IMG/VR virus record: IMGVR_UViG_3300045988_076131
Span: 1 to 64,000 of that record
Strand: one strand, 5' to 3'
Length of the DNA: 64,000 bases
Source: a virus
In this document: positions 47,401 through 53,865 of the stretch, piece after piece
How the letters are laid out: every line of letters begins with the position of its first letter
How positions within the stretch are numbered: position 1 is the first letter of the stretch
Made by a program: the position numbers and the translations under genes
Notes under the pieces: model-generated
Database searches by the model: none
What the model saw: the letters and a program-made list of their open reading frames with translations, nothing else
Told to the model about the DNA's origin: nothing

Positions 47401-50251
47401 TAACGACACTATTAATGACTATCAGAAGTCGGCTAAAGACTGGCAAGAAACGATAGACAACATCAAACGTTCGCCCAAAAATTTCTTCACTGGTGCTTAT
47501 CTCGATATTGGCAACGCAGAGAGATGGGGAAAACAGTACGTTGATAGTCACACTGTATTTACTAAAGAACTTGCGTTAAAATATGCCGAAAAACAAAAGC
47601 AAGCTGCACTGTATTGGAATGGACTCCTTGGAGGCAAAGACCCGTTTGCAAAAAAGAGTAATTCCAAAGCTCAACGTGACATTCTTCAGGAGCGCATATC
47701 ACTCCTGAAAGACATGAACGCCAAGTACAACGAGCTTATCAAGATTGAAAGCAAAGAGCGAGCTTTAACAGACACACGCAAGTACTTCAAGGAGGCAGCA
47801 CAAAATGTTGGATGGAACGCCAACGATATTCTCCCCGACGACAAATCTATTGCCAAGCGTATTCGAGAAATCGGCAATCAGTACAAGGATGTGGGTAAGC
47901 GTGGCAATGCACTCCGTATTGCAGCAGACATCGACTTGAACATATCTAAAACGGAGTACGACAAGCTTAAAGATGATATTTCTCGCAATATCGAAGACGC
48001 GTTCTCGCAGTTGCAGCTATACAAAAAACTCAAAGATGAGGGATTGTCAGACACGCTCATCAAAAACATGTTCGGCGATATTACCACATCATTTGAGAGC
48101 GTCCGCGAAAGTATTGACGACGAGTTTAACAAGTATATCTTCAAAGATTACGAGAGCAAATACGGTGGCGACATCAACAAATGGAGTGAGAATATCGTCA
48201 ATCAGTACAACAAGGATATTAGCAACACGGCGAATGTCCTCAAGGAGCGATTTGGCGACAGTGACATCTACAAGCAGTATCTTGACCGAGTACAAAAGCT
48301 CGACAAGCAGGTTTATCAAGACCAAGTAGAGCAAACACAGGAGTTAATCAAGGCATACAAGCAGCAGCTTTCCGACAAGTTGCAATTGGATAAGTGGTAC
48401 ATTGAGGAAAAGCAGAAAATCCAAAACAATGCGAATATTGCCAAGAATCCTGAGTTACAAAAGCAGTTGCAGGAGAATTTGACTGCCCAATACAAGAAAA
48501 AGACTGGCGAGAACACTTGGAAGAATTTCCAAGGCTCTGATATGTATGTTAAGATTTTCGAGAACCTCGACCATACATCCACCAAGGTACTCGACTATAT
48601 GATACAGAGGCTACAATCCTTGCGTGAAGAAATGAAGAACCTCGACCCTACACAAGTCAAGGCTATCACGGAGCAGATTAGCAAATTGCAGGAAACTCGA
48701 AATTCAAGAAATCCTTTCAAGGCTTTCACAAGTGGACTGAAGGAGTTGGTAAAGTACACTAAGGAATACAAGAAACTCGGTGGAGACAATGCTTTAATCT
48801 CCACAAGCGACAAGTACGACAAAGAAGAAAAGAATATAGAGAATCAAGGTAAGATTATCGCCAACTTGGATGCTGAATACAACAAGTCTATGTTGCTTAA
48901 CGGATTGGACGATGAGAAGACCATGACGTTGAAAACCAATCTTGATTTGTCGAAGAACCTACTCGACAATATGAAGAAGCAGCACAGTGAGACAAAAGGC
49001 ACTCTTGATACACTTAACAATGTTCAAGGCGAGACCGACAATGCTAAGAATAAGTTTAGCAAGTCCGTAACAGATATTACCTCTATTGTTTCATCTATGG
49101 CAACAGCATTCAATGGATTGTTTGATGTTTTGGGCGGTTCAGATGAACAACTCGAAAACACTCTTAGTGTCGTTGACAATATCGGTCAAGCAATCGGTTC
49201 GTACTATAGCGGAAACTATGCAGGTGTCGTATCGGGCGCAATGGGCGCGCTTACAGGCGTAGCTAAACTCTTTAGCAACGAAGGAAAGATTGATAAGGAA
49301 ATTGCACGCCAAGAACGCGCTGTAAATTCCTTGCAACACGCTTACGAAAAGCTTAAAAAGAGTATGGACGATGCCTTTGATACACAAAGGCTCTACGAAT
49401 ATAACAAAAAATCGGTCGATGCCCTTAAAAAGCAGCAGAAGGCGTACCAAGCAATGATTAATGCAGAGCGCGGTCGCAAGAAGCCCGATGAAGGTAAGAT
49501 TCAAGAATGGGAACAACAGATTGATGATTTGAACACAACCATCCAAGAATTAGGCGAATCTATGACAGAAGCACTTGGCGGTTTTGGTTCTCAATCTAAC
49601 TATAAATCTGCTGCTGAAGCTTTCTCGGAAGCGTGGGTAGATGCTTTCAATGAAGGTAGTGATGCACTCGAAGCACTCAATAATAAGTTTGACGAGTATT
49701 TCAATACAATGCTCACCAAGCAGTTAATGAATAGAGCTACTTCAAAATACATTCAGCCTATCCTTGAAGCATTCGATAAAGCGGTATCTGAGGGCAGCGA
49801 AGGTGGAAACAATGGTCTTGACGTTACCAAGAAAGAACTCGAAGGTATCAAGGAACTGAAAGACAAGAACCTTGCATTATTCAATGAGTATGCAAAGAAC
49901 TTGATGGATGTTCTCAACGTCAAGCCTACTGGCAGTTCAAATATCTCTGCTTTGCAGCAAGGTATTCAGTCTGTAACTGAATCAACCGCACAGGCGTTGG
50001 AGAGTCTGCTTAATTCCATGAGGTATTATTTGGCAACCCAACAGGCTGATGTGCGGATAATCCGTGATACACTGATTGAACGGCTCGGAGCGTCGGTCGG
50101 TGCAGTCTTGCAGGATGCGAACAATAACCCTGTATTGGTAGAGTTGCGCTTACAAACGACACTGCTCACTGATATTCGAGATACGTTATCAAGCTGTGTA
50201 AAGTCGGGCCACTCGCAGGGCAACAAGGGCATAAAGGTGTTTATGAACTAA
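44492..50251 (+). CDS. tape measure protein
   Basis: 1919 aa, highly helical, follows the G/GT chaperones. Confidence 0.85.
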   Translation: MGNSALGAALSIPKSALDAIKEADQKLKDIQSTAKNTAAGVTKSFKNMAVGTQPFLDALDKVIAKLNTINTSATSASSSLSNIGASAGSMSGNITQASQNIQQMVAQLSNMKGAGTSSIMQAVFAFRRLQEATKGASGMNIAELKKEIGAIDSILKDTNYNLTKADQDSLIKRKKTLQDELKYQQQMCEERVIAFQKALDKMSSAEASFNAKQRKAYSDRSKGYQEKNHKQNTSYKGALDFSAAANTLNRQARAIEYLKEARMKLSQTDADYKQKLETLNAAIARHTQNLKEAGVSSRNLAEQTSYMSGYISRWAQRMTFAFSINTVQGFVEQIAAVRGQFELSQRSLEAILQNKPKADEIFNKTVELAVKSPFRIKDLVDYTRQLSAYRIESDKLYDTTKRLADVSAGLGVDMGRLILAYGQVKAAAYLRGSEVRQFTEAGVNMYGELQSYFKEVKGEAYTTAQIVDMISKRKVTFEDVEAIFKRMTDKGGIFYNMQEIQAETLQGKISNLKDAFDVMLNDIGKSNEGFFKGSIQFATNLLNHWEAIANVAKALLSIVVAIKVNSMFMQSNLGKAFILNAAMVGRWRAFLNLIESMPTAFGKMKTAISAIGGSLKAALGGFAFYAILQTIMNYRNALQQFDGTIRKARESTIDALGKISELSAKYKDFSNVIYRTQNNVDDSKAIEEKRKALNKLIEQANRDGLEIKINVTELNETQLDKEFETLKKRYRDFVFELEAIKERAAQSDKSGWWWGVSGIKEGLDEYKTAAIDIISQTNKIEKAMALANIGYKDANIQTQKYFDTLRNGRIDGEADIDYLKRMHDAWKGLEDYYSRNSMVLPDWLVKGQGYMKGVSDGFDDLSSAIKQTEENFKDVFVGKGGIEEFKKRYQKDPIKLKVEIDQYAAENSLSDTQKRLLYEIAAKKYGIKFPVEVDDSDTEPAIKTIIEDLQEYADKNKIKISVEVKDPKNLNDTINDYQKSAKDWQETIDNIKRSPKNFFTGAYLDIGNAERWGKQYVDSHTVFTKELALKYAEKQKQAALYWNGLLGGKDPFAKKSNSKAQRDILQERISLLKDMNAKYNELIKIESKERALTDTRKYFKEAAQNVGWNANDILPDDKSIAKRIREIGNQYKDVGKRGNALRIAADIDLNISKTEYDKLKDDISRNIEDAFSQLQLYKKLKDEGLSDTLIKNMFGDITTSFESVRESIDDEFNKYIFKDYESKYGGDINKWSENIVNQYNKDISNTANVLKERFGDSDIYKQYLDRVQKLDKQVYQDQVEQTQELIKAYKQQLSDKLQLDKWYIEEKQKIQNNANIAKNPELQKQLQENLTAQYKKKTGENTWKNFQGSDMYVKIFENLDHTSTKVLDYMIQRLQSLREEMKNLDPTQVKAITEQISKLQETRNSRNPFKAFTSGLKELVKYTKEYKKLGGDNALISTSDKYDKEEKNIENQGKIIANLDAEYNKSMLLNGLDDEKTMTLKTNLDLSKNLLDNMKKQHSETKGTLDTLNNVQGETDNAKNKFSKSVTDITSIVSSMATAFNGLFDVLGGSDEQLENTLSVVDNIGQAIGSYYSGNYAGVVSGAMGALTGVAKLFSNEGKIDKEIARQERAVNSLQHAYEKLKKSMDDAFDTQRLYEYNKKSVDALKKQQKAYQAMINAERGRKKPDEGKIQEWEQQIDDLNTTIQELGESMTEALGGFGSQSNYKSAAEAFSEAWVDAFNEGSDALEALNNKFDEYFNTMLTKQLMNRATSKYIQPILEAFDKAVSEGSEGGNNGLDVTKKELEGIKELKDKNLALFNEYAKNLMDVLNVKPTGSSNISALQQGIQSVTESTAQALESLLNSMRYYLATQQADVRIIRDTLIERLGASVGAVLQDANNNPVLVELRLQTTLLTDIRDTLSSCVKSGHSQGNKGIKVFMN

Positions 50252-50346
50252 GATTACGGGAGGTTGAGTCATTTCCGACCTCCTGTAATTGTGTTAAATT
50301 GGTGTTAAATACAAAGTGGCACAATGGTTAACTGGCTCAATTATAC

Positions 50347-50354
50347 TACTTTTG
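50347..50354 (+). promoter_or_regulatory. candidate -7 box TACTTTTG for the lipoprotein moron
   Basis: exact TAnnTTTG 27 nt upstream of the 50381 ATG. Confidence 0.4.
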
Positions 50355-50380
50355 TATAATATTAACTATAAGCAATAAAT

Positions 50381-50977
50381 ATGAGAAATAGAATTATTAC
50401 AGCGATTATGGTAACATTTGCCTTTTTTGCGCTATCATGCACACAGAAACAACAGAAAGTAACCACCCATAAACCGACACCATCCACAAAGCAGGTTTTT
50501 CTAAACAAAACAAAGGATGCGCTTAAAAATTTTGTAAAAGACAAAGCAAACAATCCCGATGCTATGAAGATTAGCGGGATGAAAGTGGCGTTTCTTTGTG
50601 ATAGCGCTTGTGCTTTAAACTTTCGTTTCGTTGCAGAAAACAAACTCGGAGGGCATGTTAACGGAAAGGCTCAATTTATACTATTAGAATATCAAGACGA
50701 ATACTATTGGTCGTGGCAAGACGACAAAGACGATTCACCTCACTGTATTGGAGACTGGCTGGGGAATTTTGGCGCATTTTTTGCGGCAACTTTGCATTTG
50801 GAATTTAAAGACACTGACGCTTTTGTAAAATCTAAATGCCCCAAAGATAGTAGTGACTGTGCAAGCATCACCATGGAAGATGAGTATGTACAAGCATATT
50901 GTATAACAAAGAAGTTTGGCGAAAAGGCAGATATGACACCTTCTACTTCGTGTGATCATACAATTCCAGTACAATAG
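50381..50977 (+). CDS. lipoprotein (moron-like)
   Basis: 198 aa; signal peptide plus lipobox MRNRIITAIMVTFAFFALSC; own promoter-like box; hairpin 50985-51018 downstream. Confidence 0.7.
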   Translation: MRNRIITAIMVTFAFFALSCTQKQQKVTTHKPTPSTKQVFLNKTKDALKNFVKDKANNPDAMKISGMKVAFLCDSACALNFRFVAENKLGGHVNGKAQFILLEYQDEYYWSWQDDKDDSPHCIGDWLGNFGAFFAATLHLEFKDTDAFVKSKCPKDSSDCASITMEDEYVQAYCITKKFGEKADMTPSTSCDHTIPVQ

Positions 50978-51088
50978 CCATACCATTAGCCGCCACGCCT
51001 TTGTGCATGGTGGCTAATATTGTTCTTGTCTTATCGTTGGGGGGGTAATATTCCCCCAAATCTTATTTATATCACTATCAGTTCTCAT
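50943..51088 (-). pseudogene. cassette UJ, frame broken at C7 (plus-strand G7 51039-51045); needs +1
   Basis: MRTDSDINKIWGNITPP then NDKTRTILATMHKGVAANGMAIVLELYDHTK; the 3' end overlaps the lipoprotein gene end and a hairpin. Confidence 0.45.
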
Positions 51089-51216
51089 AAAACTCAATTA
51101 TATACGTTACACTATTATTCCCTCCTCCCTTATAGAGGGTGGCGCACATGCAAACGGCTTTGCTTTGCCCCCCTAATCTGTTTGGATATATTTTCCACTT
51201 GGTGTGTTGCTGTCAT
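51078..51216 (-). pseudogene. cassette UI, frame broken at G6 (51168-51173); needs -1 or +2
   Basis: MTATHQVENISKQIRG then QSKAVCMCATLYKGGGNNSVTYIIEFYEN. Confidence 0.5.
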
Positions 51217-51355
51217 AATTCGTAGATTGTTAAAACGTGCGGTAAACCATAGGAGTTGGTTCTGTGTGCTATCTCTGTCGTAAGACAGTTGTATTTACCC
51301 CCCCCCTCACTACTGATACAGGCTTTTTGTAGCCTTGGATAATCAGAATGTTCAT
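51213..51355 (-). pseudogene. cassette UH, frame broken at G9 (51298-51306); needs +1
   Basis: MNILIIQGYKKPVSVVRGGG then KYNCLTTEIAHRTNSYGLPHVLTIYEL. Confidence 0.5.
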
Positions 51356-51507
51356 ATCTCTTTCAATTCTAAAACAAATGGACGTAAATCAAAACCTCCC
51401 AAGCCGTGAGCGTAAAATGCAGTCAGCGTGCCTGTTTTTGCTCTGGGGGGGGTATGAATAACTATTGACTTATACAAAGTCGGATAAAAAACTATTCTAT
51501 TTTCCAT
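51352..51507 (-). CDS. cassette UG (51 aa, intact; C8 tract in frame)
   Basis: MENRIVFYPTLYKSIVIHTPPRAKTGTLTAFYAHGLGGFDLRPFVLELKEI. Confidence 0.55.
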   Translation of the reverse strand: MENRIVFYPTLYKSIVIHTPPRAKTGTLTAFYAHGLGGFDLRPFVLELKEI

Positions 51508-51641
51508 AAAGCTCTAATATTGCCGGTCTGATATTATAGTTCGGATCTATGCCTTTATAGTCGTTTGCCTTTATCGGCTGGCATTTACCCCCCCCCATAT
51601 ATAGACCTTGGCTTAAAATGGTCAAGTATATACTTCCTCAT
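51497..51641 (-). pseudogene. cassette UF, frame broken at G9 (51588-51596); needs -1 or +2
   Basis: MRKYILDHFKPRSIYGGG then KCQPIKANDYKGIDPNYNIRPAILELYGK. Confidence 0.5.
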
Positions 51642-51821
51642 ACACCTCTAACAAATAATTGATTTGCCCCCCCGCATAACAGAACTCGTTTTGAAATCGG
51701 GGCGGCACGAAAAAGCCATAAGATTGTGCCTTGTGCCGTATTTTCGTTCACCGCAAGCGTATTGCCCCCACACCTTTCTTCCAAGCTCAGTGCGGTACTG
51801 ATTAAGTATTTTACTTCTCAT
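51622..51821 (-). pseudogene. cassette UE, frame broken at G7 (51667-51673); needs +1
   Basis: MRSKILNQYRTELGRKVWGQYACGERKYGTRHNLMAFSCRPDFKTSSVMRGG then QINYLLEVYEEVYT. Confidence 0.5.
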
Positions 51822-51964
51822 ACAGTTCTAAGATTTTCATCACACTTCTATCATAACTACCGGTTAAAAGGCAAATACCCCCCGAATATGGAGTAAAACC
51901 GATGTTGTTGATGTGCGGTGTTCCCCCATTCGGAATTTCCGTTAAGTTGACTGATTTTCTTCAT
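51811..51964 (-). pseudogene. cassette UD, frame broken at G6 (51878-51883); needs -1 or +2
   Basis: MKKISQLNGNSEWGNTAHQQHRFYSIFGG then ICLLTGSYDRSVMKILELYEK. Confidence 0.5.
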
Positions 51965-52106
51965 ACATTTCAAATAATAAATTATCTTTCGCCGCAGAGG
52001 TGAGAGAGGATGATTTTTGTCCTCTAAGTTCAATTCTCTGTTCGTGTGGTGAATTGTACCAATCATCAATAGAACGTCCTCTAACGGCAATCACATTACT
52101 TCTCAT
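51942..52106 (-). CDS. cassette UC (54 aa, intact, no long tract)
   Basis: MRSNVIAVRGRSIDDWYNSPHEQRIELRGQKSSSLTSAAKDNLLFEMYEENQST; the RGR...EQRxE...LTS..KDN pattern is seen in variable regions of phage C5-MTases. Confidence 0.6.
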   Translation of the reverse strand: MRSNVIAVRGRSIDDWYNSPHEQRIELRGQKSSSLTSAAKDNLLFEMYEENQST

Positions 52107-52227
52107 ACGTTTCTAAAACACAATCGCATTGCGAGTTATTGCCTGCCCCATGTGCGCCAACACATAAAGCCGAGCCTTTGTGCGACTCAACAATATCTCC
52201 CTTGCGACTAATCTTTATCTTTCTCAT
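52096..52227 (-). CDS. cassette UB (43 aa, intact, no long tract)
   Basis: MRKIKISRKGDIVESHKGSALCVGAHGAGNNSQCDCVLETYEK. Confidence 0.55.
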   Translation of the reverse strand: MRKIKISRKGDIVESHKGSALCVGAHGAGNNSQCDCVLETYEK

Positions 52228-52332
52228 ACACTACAAACACATACCCCCCCCGATGTGCGGTCTGCAAGCATTGGTGTTTGACGGACTTATACCTTGCCTT
52301 GTTACAGCAACTCCGTGTAATCTATTTTTCAT
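52208..52332 (-). pseudogene. cassette UA, frame broken at G8 (52244-52251); needs +1
   Basis: MKNRLHGVAVTRQGISPSNTNACRPHIGGG then YVFVVYEKDKD. Confidence 0.5.
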
Positions 52333-52468
52333 AAATCTCAACAATTCCTGTATGCTGCCTATGTCCTGGAACGTACCACCAACCTATGTATCTTGCGTTT
52401 AACGCAGTGGATTTGGTGGTGGGGGGGGTGATACCACTCCCCATATTAAACGCTCTTGTCGTTCTCAT
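52322..52468 (-). CDS. cassette U0 (48 aa, intact; C8 tract in frame), start overlaps the MTase 3' end
   Basis: MRTTRAFNMGSGITPPTTKSTALNARYIGWWYVPGHRQHTGIVEIYEK. Confidence 0.55.
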   Translation of the reverse strand: MRTTRAFNMGSGITPPTTKSTALNARYIGWWYVPGHRQHTGIVEIYEK

Positions 52469-53678
52469 TATACAAGCCTTCAAGTCTTTGTTTTTCTAAA
52501 CCAAAGCTAAACTCCGCCAATTCACGCTTTTCTTCACCTGTAAGCGCATTAAACTCGTCAGAGGTACAAATATACTCAAACAACTCTTTAACGCTTACCT
52601 GTGGCTCTAAAAGATAGTCTTTGAGTTTTCTTTTATCTGTCCTTGCCATTAACTGCGCTACCGTTTCGTCTTTCAGGTAGTATTTCTCACCTGCCTCTTC
52701 TTGGAGAATATCCTTAATAACGATACCTCGGTCTTCCGGCTGCGGAATATCCACTTCAAGCGGAGGCCATGCAAACGGGTCGCTTTCATCATAAAACAAG
52801 CCTTCTCCTGCGACTGGCTTTGTCTTGATATTAGTCCAATAGATACGTCGTCTGTTCTGTGCCGATACAAGCGCAGAGTTAATATGAATACCACGCACAC
52901 CGATAGCGTGAGAAAGACATCTTTCCCACTTTTCAAGCATCTTGACGTTTTCAAGAAAGAAATAAATATCGGGATTGTACTTACGCAGCTCCGTAAGTAT
53001 TCGCATATATTCCCAAAAGAGATAGGACTGACCTTCAAACTGAAAGCCTTGTGACTTTAATTCGAGATAGCGTTCGAGGGTGTAAATTTCCTCGCCACTC
53101 TTTGTACTCATGCCTTTCATCTTTCCGCTAAAAGAAAACGATTGGCACGGAGAACCTCCGATTAAGATGTCGGGCACCCCGTATTTTTCAACTATCTCGT
53201 CTATATTCAAATCCGTAACGCTACCCAACTGGATAGTATTCGGAAAGTTGTGCATCGTGTTCGCAATAGCGTGCTTATCAATCTCCGATGCAAGATAAGT
53301 CGTTATGTTAGCACCGATGCCGCGTAACGAAACTTGTCCCCCTGAAATTCCGTCAAACAAAGACAAGACCTTGAGGTTGTTCAACTTGATTTTAGGAATG
53401 AAACTGAAAATATGCTTGATAGTTTCAATGTTCCAGCCGTTGCCAAGCCCTTTGTACTGCTGCGTTTCGCTTGTAACAAACTCGTAATCGTGCGGCATAG
53501 TCTGCAACTCGGCACACTCTTGCGGTGTCAGTCGTCTGATAGCTGCCACATATTTTACTCCATTTGCCTCAAACTCTACGCCCTGCTTATTATCGGGCAT
53601 GCGCTCCTGAAATTCCTTCAGTTGCTTTTCTTTTACCTTGCGGTAAACATCCCTTGCGATTACTTCTTTATTCTCCAT
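52446..53678 (-). CDS. DNA cytosine-5 methyltransferase, circularly permuted motif order (IX-X then I-VIII)
   Basis: 410 aa; RRLTPQECAELQTMPHDY (IX), YKGLGNGWNIETIKHIF (X), VLSLFDGISGG (I), ASEIDKHA, GGSPCQSFSFSG (IV), FLENVKML (VI), SAQNRRRIYW (VIII). Confidence 0.85.
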   Translation of the reverse strand: MENKEVIARDVYRKVKEKQLKEFQERMPDNKQGVEFEANGVKYVAAIRRLTPQECAELQTMPHDYEFVTSETQQYKGLGNGWNIETIKHIFSFIPKIKLNNLKVLSLFDGISGGQVSLRGIGANITTYLASEIDKHAIANTMHNFPNTIQLGSVTDLNIDEIVEKYGVPDILIGGSPCQSFSFSGKMKGMSTKSGEEIYTLERYLELKSQGFQFEGQSYLFWEYMRILTELRKYNPDIYFFLENVKMLEKWERCLSHAIGVRGIHINSALVSAQNRRRIYWTNIKTKPVAGEGLFYDESDPFAWPPLEVDIPQPEDRGIVIKDILQEEAGEKYYLKDETVAQLMARTDKRKLKDYLLEPQVSVKELFEYICTSDEFNALTGEEKRELAEFSFGLEKQRLEGLYNENDKSV

Positions 53679-53865
53679 GTATCTCCAAAATTAAATTATC
53701 TTGTGTAGAAGTACTTATTGTTCCGCATCTTTTGTCGGGTCGGCATGAGTACGAGCGCATGTTGGAGCGGTTGCACCACTCGCTCCTCGTACCACTATCG
53801 TACATTTTTCGGTATGCTCAGCCCAACTCGTTGCGGTATTTGTTCAGTATGACTATTTGCGCCAT
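53668..53865 (-). pseudogene. cassette U-1 upstream of the MTase, with an in-frame TGA (53818-53820)
   Basis: MAQIVILNKYRNELG*AYRKMYDSGTRSEWCNRSNMRSYSCRPDKRCGTISTSTQDNLILEIHGE; shares ILNxYRxELG and SCRPD with UE; its end overlaps the MTase ATG with the same junction design. Confidence 0.45.

Larger units (their letters stand above)
50943..53865 (-). other. C5-MTase plus array of 12 TRD-like mini-ORF cassettes (U-1, MTase, U0, UA-UJ)
   Basis: see the individual cassettes; conserved junction TTAGARNTGTATGAGAAGTAA between most units. Confidence 0.7.

Noticed and set aside
51857-52090. 77-aa minus-strand ORF from the track
   Set aside because: It is a frame chimera running across cassettes UC and UD. 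Only its C-terminal part (MKKISQLNG...) corresponds to a cassette frame.
51000-52445. Periodic ~100-200 bp units with repeated short motifs looked superficially like a CRISPR array or promoter array
   Set aside because: There is no constant direct repeat with unique spacers. The repeated element is a coding junction, unit lengths vary, and the units translate into related peptides on the minus strand.
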